From Oricola sp. (GTDB lineage Bacteria; Pseudomonadota; Alphaproteobacteria; Rhizobiales; Rhizobiaceae), in assembly GCF_965230365.1 (NCBI RefSeq), contig NZ_OZ246003.1, forward strand, positions 2,669,781-2,693,780: a DNA stretch of 24,000 nucleotides, given 5' to 3'. Positions 23,775 to 24,000 of the stretch are shown here, one piece after another (within the stretch, counting starts at the first letter, position 1; every line of letters begins with the position of its first letter). Below the pieces are notes generated by a model, which made no database searches, was not told where the DNA came from, and was given only the letters and a program-made list of their open reading frames with translations. The position numbers and the translations under genes were made by a program.

Positions 23775-24000
23775 CTAGTTGAAAAAGTCCGGGTAGCCTT
23801 CAGTCGAAACGTCCCAGACATCAATCTTGCCGGCAACGATATCGGCCTTCATGGCATCGACCTTCTCAAGATAGGCCGCCGGAACCAGGTTTTTCGTGTG
23901 CTTCATCTCCGAAAGAGCGACACCATTCTGCGCGAGGCCGAAATTCATCACCTCGCCGCCCGGAAACTCGCCGGCAGCGTAGTTGGTGATGATATCTTCG
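23775..24000 (-). CDS. BMP-family ABC substrate-binding protein, C-terminal 74 codons only (gene continues past the window end)
   Basis: I translated the minus strand by hand: ...EDIITNYAAGEFPGGEVMNFGLAQNGVALSEMKHTKNLVPAAYLEKVDAMKADIVAGKIDVWDVSTEGYPDFFN*. The stop is TAG at 23775-23777. The G.E.NFGLAQNGV..S and IV.G.I.V segments resemble BMP C-termini, and the gene sits directly upstream of the ATPase. It is absent from the ORF track because no start lies in the window. Confidence 0.7.
   Translation of the reverse strand, partial: EDIITNYAAGEFPGGEVMNFGLAQNGVALSEMKHTKNLVPAAYLEKVDAMKADIVAGKIDVWDVSTEGYPDFFN

Noticed and set aside
1-24000. Search for defence systems, mobile elements, CRISPR arrays, tRNA/rRNA, toxin-antitoxin pairs and riboswitches
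   Set aside because: I saw no direct-repeat arrays, no terminal inverted repeats, no transposase, integrase or recombinase-like ORFs, no nuclease, helicase or methylase signatures, and no cloverleaf-like tRNA segments. The 5' leaders are short or lack recognisable riboswitch cores, although this cannot be excluded without covariance-model scanning. The window reads as a metabolic/transport island, not a defence or mobile locus.

Overview
High-GC window in alphaproteobacterial/rhizobial style (taxonomy is an inference from composition and protein families). It is almost entirely coding, with 23 supportable CDS, one partial at the right edge and one possibly partial at the left. I found no tRNA, rRNA, CRISPR array, IS/transposase or integrase. 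After an ankyrin/peptidoglycan-binding protein gene on the + strand, the window holds two side-by-side minus-strand gene arrays. Each is headed by a BMP/PnrA-family (nucleoside-type) ABC importer. Module A (13900 down to 1441) runs: SBP, fused-NBD ATPase, 2 permeases, two divergent IUNH-family nucleoside hydrolases, an isochorismatase-like cysteine hydrolase, an operon-internal MarR regulator, an AA_synth (DUF1185) protein, and an ATP-dependent hydantoinase/oxoprolinase pair (HyuA/HyuB). Module B (beyond 24000 down to 15790) runs: SBP, ATPase, 2 permeases, a second isochorismatase-like hydrolase, a PfkB kinase, a PNP/UDP-family phosphorylase, a SIS-domain (UPF0309-like) protein, and an aldehyde dehydrogenase. 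An epimerase-like gene and an SDR gene sit between the modules on the + strand. Most junctions are ATGA/GTGA or 8-13 nt overlaps, which indicates translational coupling. The most interesting reading, which is inference only, is that these are uncharacterised catabolic systems for non-canonical nucleosides or ribosides. In Module A, N-ribosyl cleavage is linked to the enzyme pairing known from N-methylhydantoin degradation: an ATP-dependent cyclic-amide hydrolase plus a carbamoyl-amidase-type cysteine hydrolase. Substrates cannot be assigned from sequence alone. Non-coding signals are perfect GC-rich stem-loops after both SBP genes and AT-rich GTAC-core motifs in the two main promoter regions.
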